Source: Chiloscyllium plagiosum
Taxonomy: Eukaryota
Direction: 5' to 3'
DNA: 64,000 bases
NCBI RefSeq assembly: GCF_004010195.1
Contig: NC_057719.1
Location: 74,650,043 to 74,714,042, forward strand
This document shows, one piece after another, positions 37,753 through 51,270 of the stretch. The notes below the pieces were generated by a model. That model worked only from the letters and a program-made list of their open reading frames with translations, searched no databases and was not told the origin of the DNA. A program made the position numbers and the translations under genes. Positions within the stretch are counted from its first letter, which is position 1, and each line of letters opens with the position of its first letter.

Positions 37753-38896
37753 ATCCTCAAATACAGGTTAGGTTGAGACTTTATAAATGTATACTTTGCC
37801 TTAAATCAACAGTAGATCAAAGAATAAAGATCCAGAGATAAACTGATGTTGGTTTAAATGGGATTGTAAAATAGAAGTATTATAACTAATACTAGGGCTG
37901 AAAATATTAAACAAAAACGTGTGACGTTAAAGTGTAGAGTGGAGATAAAAAGGGGTATTAAAGGATGAAATCAAAATATTGAAAAAGAGAAACATATGCA
38001 AAAGTTTTTTGAAGAAAGGTAGATATATTAGAAATAAAAGGGTCATTAGTATATGACTTAAGGGAATCTAATTGTAGAGAGGAAAACTATCGTAAAATGC
38101 CAAAATTCATAAAGCATAAACTAAGAATGTAGTTGTACTAGAGGAGGATGTTAGATTGTTGTACGTAACTTTGGAGAAGGAGTTGGTTCAGATAAAATCG
38201 GCAATACTGGAGGTAGATAAGGCACTGGACTGCCAGCATGCTTCCGAAACTGAGAGGATGTCTGACCATGCAGCAACCTGCAATGTGTTACACTGGGAAC
38301 AGACCAGCTGTGTACAGGCCAATGTTCCCTTTAGCAACCTTAAATGCTCAAAGCCAATGGTGTACAGCAAAGAAAAGTTCAAGTGATGATTCCTGGAGGA
38401 TATGTAAATAAATGGTTCTGATTGATGAGGCAGGTAACTGGGTAAATGCAGGCGATTGGAAGGAAACTTTCAGAATAATAGTTTAAGATTGACTTAATGA
38501 GGATTTAGAATAGTAATATGGACAGCATAAATTTGTAGTGGGCAAGTTGTATTTTTACACATGAAGTAGAGATTTTTGAAGAAGTTACTGAATATTGGTT
38601 TCTGTGTATGGATTCCTGCAGGAACCTTTTTCATTAAAAAAAAATTGCAAGTACAGGGGACTGGAGCAAGGGTTTTGTTCGGGTGTTGGATAATGTTTTG
38701 GAAGTTGCTCTGCTCCTTCATGTTGTGACCAGTGTGGGGAATAAATGAAGAGAGGTTCAAATCAGGTTCTGCAAAGGGTGTGAAATCAGCTTGATTTCTT
38801 AAAGTTATAAATGTTGTCAGCTCCATGAGTTTTAGAAAGTAGGAGGATAGTCCAAACAGAGTATTGGCATTTGCGCAGTATTGTAGCACATTTATT

Positions 38897-40730
38897 AGAG
38901 TCCTAGCGATGTACAGTAAAGAAACAGATCCTTTGGTCCAACTTGTCCATGCTGACCAGATATTCTCAACAAATCTTGTCTCACCTGCCAGCACCTGGCC
39001 CTTATCCCTCTAAATCCTTTCTATTCATATACCCATCCAGATGCCTTTTAAATGTTGGAATTGTACCAGCCTCAACTACTTCCTCTGGCAGCTCCTTCCA
39101 TACAAGCACCACCCTCTGTGTGAAAAAGTTGCCTCTTAGATCCCTTTTAAATCTTTCCCATCCACCTTGAACCTATGCCCAGTAGTTCTTCACTCCCCTA
39201 CCCTGGAGAAAAGAGCTTCTCTATTTACCCTCTCCATGCCCCTCAAGGTTTTATAAACCTCTGTAGGGTCACCTTTTAGCCTCTGCTCCAGGGAATAATT
39301 ACCCAGCCTAGTCAGTCTCTCCCTTTAGCTCAATCCCTCCACCAGAGCAACATTCTTGTAAATCTTTTCTAAGCCCTTTCAGTTTCACACCATCCTTCTT
39401 ACAGCAGGGAGACCAGAATTGCATGCAATATTACAAAAATGGCCTAACCAATGTTCTGGACAGTTGAAACATGACCTCCCAACTCCTGTGCTCATTACAG
39501 GTGTACACTGGCCAATAAAGGAAAGCATACCAAACACCACCTTCACCATTCCATCTACCTGTGACTCCACTTTCAAGGAACTACGAACCTGCACTTCAAA
39601 GTCCATTTTATTCAGCAACACTCCCCAGGACCTTAGCATTAAGTATAGAAGTCCTGCCTTGATTTGCCTTTCCAAAATGCAGCACCTCACATTCATCTAA
39701 ATTAAACTCCATCTGCCACTCCTCAACCCATTAATCCATCTGATCAACATCCCACTGTACTTGGAGGTAACCTTCTTCGTAATCCACTATACCTTCAATT
39801 TTGGAGTTATCTACAAACGTATTATGATGTTCACATCTACATCATTTATATAAATGAGGAAAAACAATGGACCAAGCACTGATCCTTGTGACACATCACT
39901 GATTACAGGCCTCCAGTCCGAAAAGCAAGCTTCCGTCTTCTACCTTCAAGCCAGTTCTGTATCCAAATGGTTAGTCCTCCCTGTATTCCATGAGACCTAA
40001 CCTTGCTAACCAGTCTACCATGAGGAACCTTGTTGAACGCCTTACTGAAATCCATATAGATCACACCCATTGCCCTGCCACCATGAATTATTTTTGCTTC
40101 TTCTTCAGCAATCTCAAACAGGTTAGAGACACATGATTTCCCATGCACTAACCCATGTTGACTATCCCTAATCAGTCCTAGTCTTTGCAAATGAATGCAT
40201 ATCCTCTCCCTCAGGATTCCCTCCAACAACTTTTCCACCACCAATGTTGGGCTCACCGGTCTATAGTTCCCTGACTTTTCCTTACCACCCTTCTTAAATA
40301 GTGGCACCACATTAGACAACCTCCAGTCTTTTGACACCTCATTTGTGTCTACCGATGACACAAATATCTCAGCAAGGGGTCCAGTAATCGCTTCCCTAGC
40401 TTCCCACAGAGCTCTAGGGTACACCTGATCAGGCTTTGGGGATTTTTCCACCTTTTATGCATTTTAAGCCACCCAGCACCACCACCTCGGTATTACAGAC
40501 ATTTTTCAAGATATCATTATCTATTTCCCCACGTTCTCTATCTTCCATATCCTTCTCCACAGTAAATACTGATACAAAATACTTGTTTAGTATCTCCCCG
40601 ATCTCCTGCAGTTCCACAAGTAGGTGACCTTGCTGATCTTTAAGGGGCCCAATTCTCTCCCTAGTTGCCCTTTGTCCTTTAATGTCCTTGTAGAATCCCT
40701 TTGGATTCTCCTTTACCGGTTTACCAAAGT
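38897..40730 (-). mobile_element. HER1/CR1 LINE, 5'-truncated, RT domain with frameshifts
   Basis: ORF 39903-40451 NVVPLFKKGGKEKSGNYRPVS...SQHG...YMDFSKAFNKVPHGRLVSK; 3' tail at 38897-38960. Confidence 0.95.
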
Positions 40731-41469
40731 TGCCGTTATGCGAAGGTATGAAGTTGTATTGATTTTGAATGCAGTTAATTTTATTACTACTCTGTTGTTC
40801 CTATGAACCCTTACTGAGATATCATGTAATTTTACCAGTTTGTATCTGGCCTCTTTTGCCAAGTGGTTTTTGTACCCACTTCAGAAGACTCTCAAGGAGT
40901 GTTCACTTGTGAAAGGCTCGATATTCAGTTCACAGGCGAAAAGCTTACAAGAGCTTAATTATGAGTTAGAATGCCTGATATATACCAGCGAAGCAAGTAC
41001 ATTTCCAACACAGAAGGGGCACTCTGCCAATTCTTTCATAACAGTGACTTATAACTAATCCTACGAGATTAGTCCTCATGTATTTATCCAATTTTCCCAT
41101 CAGAAGGTGCAATGGTTCCTGCATCAGCTACTCACCGTGCCAATATGCACCACACACCAACAACTCTCTGCATTTAAAAAGAGCAGTCTCCTAACCTCCA
41201 CCACCTTGGTCTTGCTTGTTGCAATTTTAAATTGGATCAGTCATCACTGATCAAATTTGCTGATGTGTGTTTCAGGATTAGAAAATATATGTCTTTTGGG
41301 TCTGTTCATGTTAGTTTGATTTCTTAGTATGGAAGAAATGTGTTATTATGTTCGTAAATAGAAAGCAAAAATAGAAATCAAACTGACCTAAATCAGTAAT
41401 TCAGGAACTTGACTTAAGACTTGTGGTCCAAACCTGGACAAAAGAACTGAATTTTAGAAATGAGAAGAA

Positions 41470-42720
41470 AATTACATAAGACAGCTGTTGACACGGTGCA
41501 GCACCAGGGAGCGCTAGCAAAATTGAAGTCAGTGGGATTCAAAAGGAAAACTTTCCGCTGATTAGAGCCATTTCTAACATGAAGAGGATAATTTTGGCAG
41601 TTAGATGGGAATCATTCTGCCTGAAGGACATCAGGGTAGAGGTTCCTCGGAGTAGCTTCTATCTTAGTTGCATCAGCAAGGACCCTCCTTCCATCAGTAA
41701 GGTCATGACAGGGGGGGTGGTGGTGCTCACTGCACAGTGCTGGCTCCTCAGCTATTCGAACAGTCTGTGCACACGTGAGGCAAGGGCTTATCAGTAGCAA
41801 TAATGTTGCCTGCCACTTGTGTGACACCAGTTTTTAAAAAAAAGTTCGAGAAAAGGGAATCCCTACTGACATTCGATGGTATTGCCATTGTTGAATTCTC
41901 CTCCATCAACATCCTGATGGCACCGCTAACCAGATCTGGTTTCCTCCCACAGTCCAAAGATGTGCAGTTAGGTGGATTGGCTGTGCTAAATTGCCCATAG
42001 AGTCCAGGGATGTGCAGGATAGGTGGGTTAGCCATGGGAAATGCAGGGTTACAGGGATCAGGTGGGTCTTGGTGGGATACTCTGTGGAGGGGAATTGTTG
42101 TGGTCTCGATGGGCCAAATGGTCTGTTCCACACTGTATAGGGATTCTATGATTTTTGCTTTGAACAACCGTAATATTACTGTCGATGCAAGAGTATGACA
42201 AGTAACTCCCCTCCTGACTCCCCAAAGCCTGTTCACTGTTGGCAAGGCACAGGTCAGGAATGTAATGGAATATTTTCCACTTGTCTGGATGAGTGCAGCT
42301 CCAGAACACTTGAGCTCAAAACCACCCAGGACATAGGAACCTATTGATCAGCACCTCATTTGATCACCAGAAACATTTAAAACTTCCACTACTGAAGCAC
42401 GAAGGCAGCGGTGTGTATTATCTACAGAAACTCACCAAGTCTTCTTTGTCAAATGGTTTCCAAAAGTGTAATTCCACCAGCTAGAGGGACAAGATTTATG
42501 GGAACACCACCCACCTACAAGTTACCCTTGAAGTTGATTTGGAAATCTGTCACATTATCTTCACTGTCGCTGGGTCAAAGCCCTGGAACTCTATTTTCTA
42601 GCAACATTCTGAGTTGATCTGCACAACATGGTTCACAAAGGCCACTTACTGTCACCTTCTCAAGGGCAGTTAACGATGGGCAATAAATGTTGGCCAAGCT
42701 AGCAATGCCATCCCTTACTT
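41470..42720 (+). mobile_element. Old CR1-clade LINE fragment interrupted by an HE1 SINE
   Basis: caggtcaggaatgtaatggaatattttccacttgtctggatgagtgcagctcc; tail gatgggcaataaatg. Confidence 0.7.
41934..42152 (+). mobile_element. HE1-type SINE, 5'-truncated
   Basis: ggtttcctcccacagtccaaagatgtgcagttaggtggattggc...cacactgtatagggattctatga. Confidence 0.85.
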
Positions 42721-44099
42721 AATAACAAGGTGCTAGATGGATGGCAGAAAGCTGGGATATCTTGCCTTTTGGGTAGATCCCACCCATCGAATACCTATAT
42801 TTCTTGTCATAAACAATTCTATAAAAACAAATTAACTCTGGTGTATTGTTTTGCTGGTAGCAACAGATTTGTATTCTGTTGTCCAAATGGTTGTTTTTCA
42901 CTTGAGATAGCTGTTAGCTCAGTTGGCATGTGGCAATCGAGCTCTTGCTATTGATTCTAACCGTGTTGCTGTGGCAACAGGGATTATTAGGTAACCATCA
43001 AGATTAGGGGTCCGAACCAGTTTTTTGTTTGAATCTTGTTTCCGTACTACACCGGCCAATAATAGGGAACTATTAGCTGAGAACTAACTCTGTACACTCC
43101 AGATAGGGAGATTAGGACCTTTTCTTGAGTCGTATCAAGTTTGCATTAAAATCCTGAATGGCCTTGACAAGGTGGGTGTGGAAGGGCTGTTTCCTGATGT
43201 GGGTCAGTCCAGAGCCACGGGACAGTATTTTAAAAATAGGCTGTCTACCCTGGAAAGGCAGTATTATGGGAATGTTCTGAGGATTGTGTGGCTTTGGAAC
43301 ACTCTTGCCACCTCAAGAAGGCAGTAGAGTTGGGGTATTGACAATTTTTTTAAGGAGGACCACTTTTTATTCATTCACGGGATGAGGGCGTCACCAGCTA
43401 GGTCAGCATTTATTGCTCTAATTGCCCCAAGGGCACTTAAGAGTCAACTGCGTTGTTGTGGGTCTGGACTCGCATGTTGGCCAGACCAGGTAAGGATGGC
43501 AGTATCCTTTCCTAAAGGACATTAGTTAGCTCGATAGCTTTGTTAGGTAAAGGAATCTAAGGTTATCAAGGCTAGATTGGAATGTCGAATTCGCAAGACA
43601 AATACGGCACAGAAACAGACCCTCCTCTCCAACTCGTTTGAATGGCCTACACCTTATTTGATGTGATTGTCAGACTCTGGTATAGATTTAGATTTGATAA
43701 CATTTGCTGAAAGTTACCTTGCATTTAGAGTGTGGCTTACCAAATGTTACTGTTATTAGATGCTGTGATGCAAACAATGATTATAAAAGCACAGCCTACA
43801 CATTCTTTCCTGTTCTTAGTTCTCATCACTTCCTGCCTACACCGCTGCCTCTGTGCTTCAGTAGTGAAGGTTTTAAATGTTTGGGGTGATGGATGAGATT
43901 CCTGTATATAGAGTCATAAGGACTTCTAAAGGGTCACCCCTCCGCCTCCAATATTCCAGGGAAAACAGCCCCAGCCTATTCAGCATCTCCTGATAGCTTA
44001 AACCCTCCAACCCTAGCAACATCCTTGTAAATCTCTTCTAAACCCTTTCAAGTTTCGCAACATCCTTCCTATAGGAGGGAGACCAGAATCGCATGCACA

Positions 44100-44320
44100 A
44101 TTCCAATCTGTCCATCTTCCTGTCTCTGTCTACATCTATCCACTCAACCTCTCTCCAACCCCATTTCCATAATACAACTTTTTTTTTCTGGCTGCTATCA
44201 GTTCTGATGAAGAGTCACCACACTTGATACGTTAACTCTATTTTCTCCCCACAGATGCTGCCAGAGTTTCTCCTTCAATTTTTGTTTCAGATTTCCAACA
44301 TCCGCAGTTCGTTCTTTCAT
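44100..44320 (+). mobile_element. Penelope-terminus element (family B) with degenerate hammerhead
   Basis: agtt-CTGATGA-agagtcaccacactt-GATAC-gttaact at 44200-44237, followed by cacagatgctgccag...tttcagatttccaacatccgcag. Confidence 0.6.
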
Positions 44321-44476
44321 TGAGATCTATTAAAAAAATCACATTTTGAGAGAGAGCAAGAACGTTTTGCACCAAAATCCTTTCAAATGCCTGGGAGTTC
44401 TACCCGTGAAAAATGTTCAAGATTTCTTTGCATTGAAATTGATTGAGCACTCTCAAAGTAAATGTAACATTTTCAA

Positions 44477-47400
44477 TCCAACTTGTCCATTCTGAACAGA
44501 TATCCCAACCCAATCTAGTCCCACCTGCCAGTACCCGGCCCATATCCCTCCAAACCCTTCCTATTCATATAGCCATCTAGATGCCTTTTAAATACTGCAA
44601 TTGTACTCGGCTCCACCACTTCCTCTGGCAGCTCATTCCATATGCACACCACCTTCTGCGTGAAAAAGTTGCCCCTTAGGTCTCTTTTATATCTTTCCCC
44701 TCTCACCTTAAACCTATGCCCTCTAGTTCTGGACTCACCCACCCCAGGGAAGAGATTTTGTCTATTTACCCTATCCATGCCCCTCATGATTTTATAAACC
44801 TCTACAAGGTCACCCTTCAGCCTCCAATGTTCCAGGGAAAACAGTCCTAGCCTATTCAACCTCTCCCTATAGCTCAAATCCTCCAACTCTGGCAACATCC
44901 TTGTAAATCTTTTCTGAACCCTTTTGTGTTTCACAACATCTTTCCGATAGGAAGGAGACCAGAATTGCACGCAATATTCAAACAGTGGCCTAACCAATGT
45001 CCTGCACAGCTGCAACATGACCTCCCAACTCCTGCACTCAATACTCTGACCAATAAAGGAAAGTATACCAAATGCCGTCTTCACTATCCTATTATCTACG
45101 ACTCCACTTTCAAGGAGCAATGAACCTGCACTCCAAGGTCTCTTTGTTCAGCAACACTCCCTAGGACCTTAGCATTAATTGTGTAAGTCCTGCTAAGATT
45201 TGCTTTCCCAAAATGCAGCACCTCACATCTATCTAAATTAATCTTCATCTGCCATTTCTCAGCCCATTGGCCCATCTGATCAAAATCCTGTTTTACTCTC
45301 AGGTAACCTTCTTCGCTGTCCACTACACCACCAATTTTGGGGTCATCTGCAAGCTTACTAACTATACCTCTTATACTCACTTGCAAATCATTTATATAAA
45401 TTACAAAAAGTAGTGGACCCAGCACTGATCCTTGTGGCACTCTACTGGTCACAGGCCTCCAGTTTGAAAAACAAACCTCCACCACCACCCTCTGTCTTCT
45501 ACCTTTGAGCCAGTTCTGTATCCAAAAGGCTAGTTCTCCCTGTATTCCATGAGATCTAACCTTACTAATCAGTCTCCCATAGGGAACCTTGTCGAACGCC
45601 TTACTGAAGTCCACATTGATCATGTCCACCACTCTGCCCTCATCAATCCTCTTTGTTCCTTCTTCAAAAAACTGAATCTAGTTTGTGAGACATGATTTCC
45701 CATGCACAAAGCCCCGTTGACTATCGCTAATCAGTCTTTGCCTTTCCAAATACATGTACATCCTGTCCCTCCGGTTTCCCTTCAACAATTTGTCCACCAC
45801 TGACATCAGGCTCACTGGTCTATAGTTCCCTGGCTTGTCCTTACCACCCTTCTTAAACAGTTAGCCAATCTCCAGTCTTCCAGCACCTCACCTGTGACTA
45901 TAGATGATACAGATATCTCAGCAAAAGGCCCAACAATCACTTCCCTAGCTTCCCACCGAGTTCTGAGGTACACTTTACAAGGTCCTGGGGATTTATCCAC
46001 TTTTTTGTGTTTCAAGACATCCAGCACTTCCTCCTCTGTAATGTGGACATTTTCAAGATGACACCATCTATTTCCCCACAATCTATATCTTCTATGTCCT
46101 TCTCCACAGTAAACACTAATACAAAGTACTTGTTTAGTATCTCCCCCAATTCCTGTGGCCTTGCTGATCTTTGAGGGGCCCTATACTCTCCCTAGTTATC
46201 CTTTTGTCCTTAATGTATTTGTAAAAACCCTTTTGGATTCTCCTTAATTCTATTTGCCAAAGCTATCTCATGTCCCCGTTTTGCCCTCCTGATTTCCCTC
46301 CTAACTATACTCCTACTTTCTTTATACTCTTCTAAGGATTCACTCAATCTATCCTGTCTATACCTGACATATGCTTCCTTCTTTTTCTTAACTAAACCTT
46401 CAATTTCTCTAGTCATCCAGCATTCCCTGTACCTAACAGCCATTCCTTTCACCCTGCACTCCTGATATCTCATTTCTGAAGGCGTTCCATTTTCCAGCCG
46501 ACTCTTTACCTGCGAACATCTGCCCCCAATCAGCTTTTGAAAGTTCTTGCCTAATACCGTCAAAGTTAGCCTTCCTCCAATCTAGAATTTCAAGTTTTAG
46601 ATCTGGTCTATCCTTTTCCATCACTATTTCAAATCTAATAGAATTATGGTCGCTGGCCCCAAAGTGCTCCCCCACTGACACCTGCCCTGCCTTATTTCCC
46701 AAGAGTAGGTCAAGTTTTGCACCTTTTCCAGTCTGTCCATCACATATTGAATCAGAAAATTGTCTTGTACACACTTAAGAAATTCCTCTCCATCTAAACC
46801 CTTAACACTATGGCAGTCCCAGTCTATGTTTGGAAAGTTAAAATCCCCTACCATAATCCCTACCTATTATTCTTGCAGATAACTGAGCTCTCCTTATAAA
46901 TTTATTTCTCAATTTCCCTCTGACTATTAGGGGGTCTATAATACAATCCCAATAAGGTGATCATCCCTTTCTTATTTCTCAGTTCAACCCAAATAACTTC
47001 CTTGGATGTACTTCCGAGAATATCCTCCCTCAGTACAGCTATCCTGCTAATGCTATCCCTTATCAAAAATGCTACTCTTTCTCTCCTCTCTTTCCCCAAC
47101 CTCTGTCCTTCCTGTAGCATTTGTATCCTGGAACATTAAACTGCCAGTCCTGTCCATCCCTGAACCACATTTCTGTAATTGCTATGGTATCCCACGTTCT
47201 TAACCATGCCCTGAGTTCATCTGCCTTCCCTGTTTGGCTGCTTGCATTGAAATAATTGCAGTTTAATTTATCAATCCTACCTTGTTCTCTGCTTTGCCCC
47301 TGTCTGGCTGCTTGCCTGCCTGGCTGGCTGACTGACTCGCTTCTTTTATCAACTGTACCAGTTTCAGATTGATTTCCTTCCTCACTATCTCCTTGGATCC

Positions 47401-47560
47401 CACCCCACCTTATTTATCAATCCTACCTTGTTCTCTGCTTTGCCCCTGTCTGGCTGGCTGACTGACTTGCTTCTTTTATCAACTGTACCAGTTTCAGATT
47501 GATTTCCTTCCTCACTATCTCCTTGGATCCCACCCCACCTTAATAGTTTAGATCCTCCTG
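44477..47560 (-). mobile_element. HER1/CR1 LINE with nearly complete but disrupted ORF2 (APE endonuclease + RT)
   Basis: CNYFNA start near 47260, [78 protein letters not shown] across several frames. Confidence 0.97.
47266..47541. repeat. Tandem duplication (146 + 130 bp) in the CR1 inter-ORF region
   Basis: 47266-47411 and 47412-47541 differ mainly by the length of a (ctgg/ctgc) tract. Confidence 0.95.
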
Positions 47561-50126
47561 AAGAGGGGCGTAAACTTAAAACAACAAGAATACCTTAGTT
47601 AAGACTGAAATTTCGCAGATCTGTTACCTATCAAAATATAAACATTAATAACTGGATTTTTTTGTCTTAATGGACTGGCCTCTGAAGCCATGAGTGGCTG
47701 AAAAGAAGTTAATGCATCAAAATATGTCAACGCTGGCTCCAGTCCAGCTCGCAGAGTATGTCTGGTTTAAGTGAATGCACTGCTGCCTTTCAGACAGCTG
47801 AGTTTCTGATGTGATACAGCTGAGGCAGGCTGCTGAAGCAGTGCTAACAATGGGACCCAGTGTATTACTGAATTGCCATGTCCCGTGTGAGTAAATGGGA
47901 CCCAAAGGTAAAGATGCACAATGAACTGAAGTGTATTGCCTAAGCTGGGAGAGATCCAAGTTCTAGAGGAGGCGGGGTGGGGGGGAAGGTGGTGGTGGTG
48001 GTGGAGAGAGAGGTGGCAACTTGTATCATTTCCTGTCACCACTACCCCCCTTTCATCCTGCTCATAATTTTGAATAACTGCAGACCACAAGATGGGCTGT
48101 GGAGATTCTTGGCAGACTTTCAGCGTAGTCAGGATTTATTGCTCTAGTCATGATCAGGATGGCGGAAAAGAGCTGTTCGGATCTTGCCGTTCCAGCTTTA
48201 TCAGCTGCTGCGATCTCATGGCTGATTTAAACCTTCACCTTTTGCAAATTATTTACTGATTTTTCTCTTCGTCTAGCAGACATGTCGAAGAATTCAAATT
48301 CATCTCTTGACAGTATTGTTCTCTCTCTTCAGTGATGTAGTGACTCTCACAAATGACCCAGTGTCATTCTGCAGCCTCATGTCCGCTTTATTCTGCAAAG
48401 CTTTGCTTAAAAAGCTGGGAGACCGAATCCAAAAGAATTTCTGTCCTCTCCGTTGGTTGCCCACCCAGTCTAGACTAGTTTCTTAATTATGAATCACTAA
48501 AATGTTCTGTTCAGTGATTTCATTCTTTTAATAGTTTCTGGCAGTATCCCATGTGGTGTATGCATTTCAGATTGAACGTTTCTAAACTTGCTTCATTTGA
48601 AGTCCTTCTGTGACTCTCTTGTTTCTTGCAGTTCTTTACAGTAAAGAGAAACGTTACCCCAGGTACTTAGTTCAGTTGTTACTGCATGGTACCAGCAGGA
48701 TAATGTAGGCTGTTTAGGCTTAGATTGTCAATGATTGGCAGTTGCAAGGATTTGTTGATTCCAGCAAGCAAATTAAAACAAGCTCATTCCACCACCTTGC
48801 TGTTGAGGAACTATTTTTGTCTCCTCTCAGAAAATCAAAAGTGACATAGTGGTTCCTGACAGTACAACGCTGAAGAAATAAGTGTTTCTAATTCTACACT
48901 ACAGCAAATATTTGTCCACCATTGAGAGTTCCGGAGATTGTTGGCATTTATTGTGACGTGGAGTTAAGTGAGATTTTCCCCAGTGAAATTAGGTCAGTCG
49001 GTGTATTTCAATTCCTTTCATTATTTTGTTTTCTTTTCTTGATGCATTTGCAAACTGCGCTCATCCTGCAGAGAAAAGGGAAGAAGGGACTTGGATGGAG
49101 TCTTTTCGTGCCTGGCCACTGTTTTCAGCTGTGGGGCGCAGTTGTGGAAAGGACACCAGTTTTAGTTGGAAAAATTCAGTTTCCAAAAGCCTGGCCATTC
49201 CAATTTTTAGTGCGACAGTTAATACTGTATATTTATGGCTGTTTAAATCATAACATCCAGGAATTCCTTTGTGCCCGTCTTTTGCTGCAGTTGTCCAAAG
49301 ATATTCTTTCTCTTCAAGTCAGCACTTTGAACTTTTATAGCATCACAGCATTTTAAATTCTTGGCTGTATTTCATTGCATTGCATTTATTAAAGAGAGAA
49401 TTTTAAAATGTGATCGGGTTTCAGCAGCAATGCTTTTCCGAGATCGCAAAGAGGCTAATATTACCCATATAACAATGACTGTGAACATTTCTTCGCTCCC
49501 ACCCCCGAGATCTATAGGATAAAAGAATTCGACAATTTGACCGAGATGGTAGGTGCAGGCAGCACTTAGCCAGTTTGCTCCATGAGCATGTTCGCTCCCC
49601 ATCATCACGCCCAAGTGATGAGTAGTCACGTGTTAACTATGTTGGTGAGTGTAGGTCAGGATATTAGTTCATGTGGGATATTGCAGCTCTCCCCATTCTT
49701 GCCTTCACTTTTACCTTGCATGTGGGTTTTGCACAGGGATTGTTAAATAATAATTACGAAGCATAAGCTTTTCCTTTACCTTTTCCTTCACTTTGCAGCC
49801 CCTGAGCGGTGCACTGTTATTTGTGGACCCTACACTGCATCCCAGATTTAGAGCTCAGGTCTACTTTTTATACAGTGGGGTTACTTGGGCAACTCTTTAA
49901 ATATACAGTAATTCTTAGCATCTTTCATTGCACTGCGATGTCACCTTTTGAGGGGAGAAACAAATTTTAAGACATCAATAAATCTCAATAACAAAGTGAA
50001 CTTCACCTTCTTTCTTACAGCTGCTTATTTAGGGCCACAATGCGTTACATTTGTGCAGATTGGAAACTGCAAAAACACTTAGTCCTTGCATGTATTTCAA
50101 CGCAACAGAATAAGTGATGTTCATTC

Positions 50127-50397
50127 TTAGCACAATGACTTTGATTAGTCAAGGCCATCAGCCTAGTTTAAATTTAAACAACGGGCTGTCCAGTTGGATT
50201 GAATAGTCTGTAATTCTGCGCTATATGACTCGAAAGCTTGCTAGTTAACCATCAGTCAGCACTTAATCAGTACATCAGTAATGAAAATGCTATAGACAGT
50301 GTAAAAGGTCTATTTTCCCTTTGCCTTGGTATTTTCAAATTGTCCTGATGAGTGCAGGATGAAAAGCTTCTGCAACAATTTCTTACCTCAACAGTAC
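50127..50397 (+). mobile_element. Family C hammerhead-bearing repeat
   Basis: ttgtc-CTGATGA-gtgcaggat-GAAA-agcttc at 50340-50370; body resembles 35170-35403. Confidence 0.55.
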
Positions 50398-50869
50398 TTA
50401 ACAGTTATTGAAATATTGTTTGTTTATGGAACCCATCCAGAATAAGAACTGCCTCCCTCTTTATTCGGCACTCCACTGTGAGTATTTCCATGGTGCATGG
50501 ATTAGTCAGCTGGGGCATCCTATACAGCCCACTATAAGCTGTTGAAAGTCACGAGTAGTCCTGCCCAAAGGACCTGCTGGAAGTAGGTCCTCTCAGCAGC
50601 TGGTTGTAGTGTGCTCTGGCTGTAGCTTGTGGTCTGAACCAGTGAAACCTGGCAGCATTATAGTGGGTCTTGTGTGAGTGGCACCCTTATGAGGAGGGAG
50701 TGTGATCCAGAGTGTGGGTTGGCAAATGTGTCAGTAAAGCTCATAATTGGCATCTGAATCACTGCTGTTTCTGATGAACAATAATGTCTTTGTTATGGTT
50801 GTCCTTCTGTTTTTCATTTAGATTGTTACAATTGAACTTTTAATAAGTATTCAGTGAGCATAGATTTGC

Positions 50870-51270
50870 AGTCATAGTCATACGTAGAAACAGACCCTTT
50901 GGTAAACATGCTGAACATAATCCCAAACTAAACTAGTCCCACCTGCCTGCTCCTGGCCCATATCCCTCCAAATCATATCCATCCAAAATCCTTTTAAGCG
51001 TTATAATTGTACCCGCATCTTCCACCTCATCAGGAGGTTCATCGCACACACTAACCTCGTTCTGTGTAAAACGTTTGCCTCTTATGTCTTATTTTTTAAA
51101 ACTCTCTCCTCTCACCTTATAAAGAAAAATGTGCCCCCTAGTCTTGCAATTCCCCACCTTCGGGGAAAAGGCAACTACCACCACCTCTATCTGTATCCCT
51201 CATTATTTTATAAACTGCTATACGGTCACCTGCGAACATCCTACACTCGAGTGAAAAAAGTCCCAGCCTT
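50870..51270 (-). mobile_element. CR1 LINE 3' fragment
   Basis: gaaacagaccctttgg tail; ctagtcccacctgcctgctcctggcccatatccctccaaa. Confidence 0.85.

Noticed and set aside
44515..45632. 201-aa and 178-aa ORFs
   Set aside because: Fragments of CR1 ORF2, not host genes; the element is frameshifted.
48277..48486. Pyrimidine tract plus AG followed by a ~69-codon open frame
   Set aside because: No recognisable protein and no donor site.
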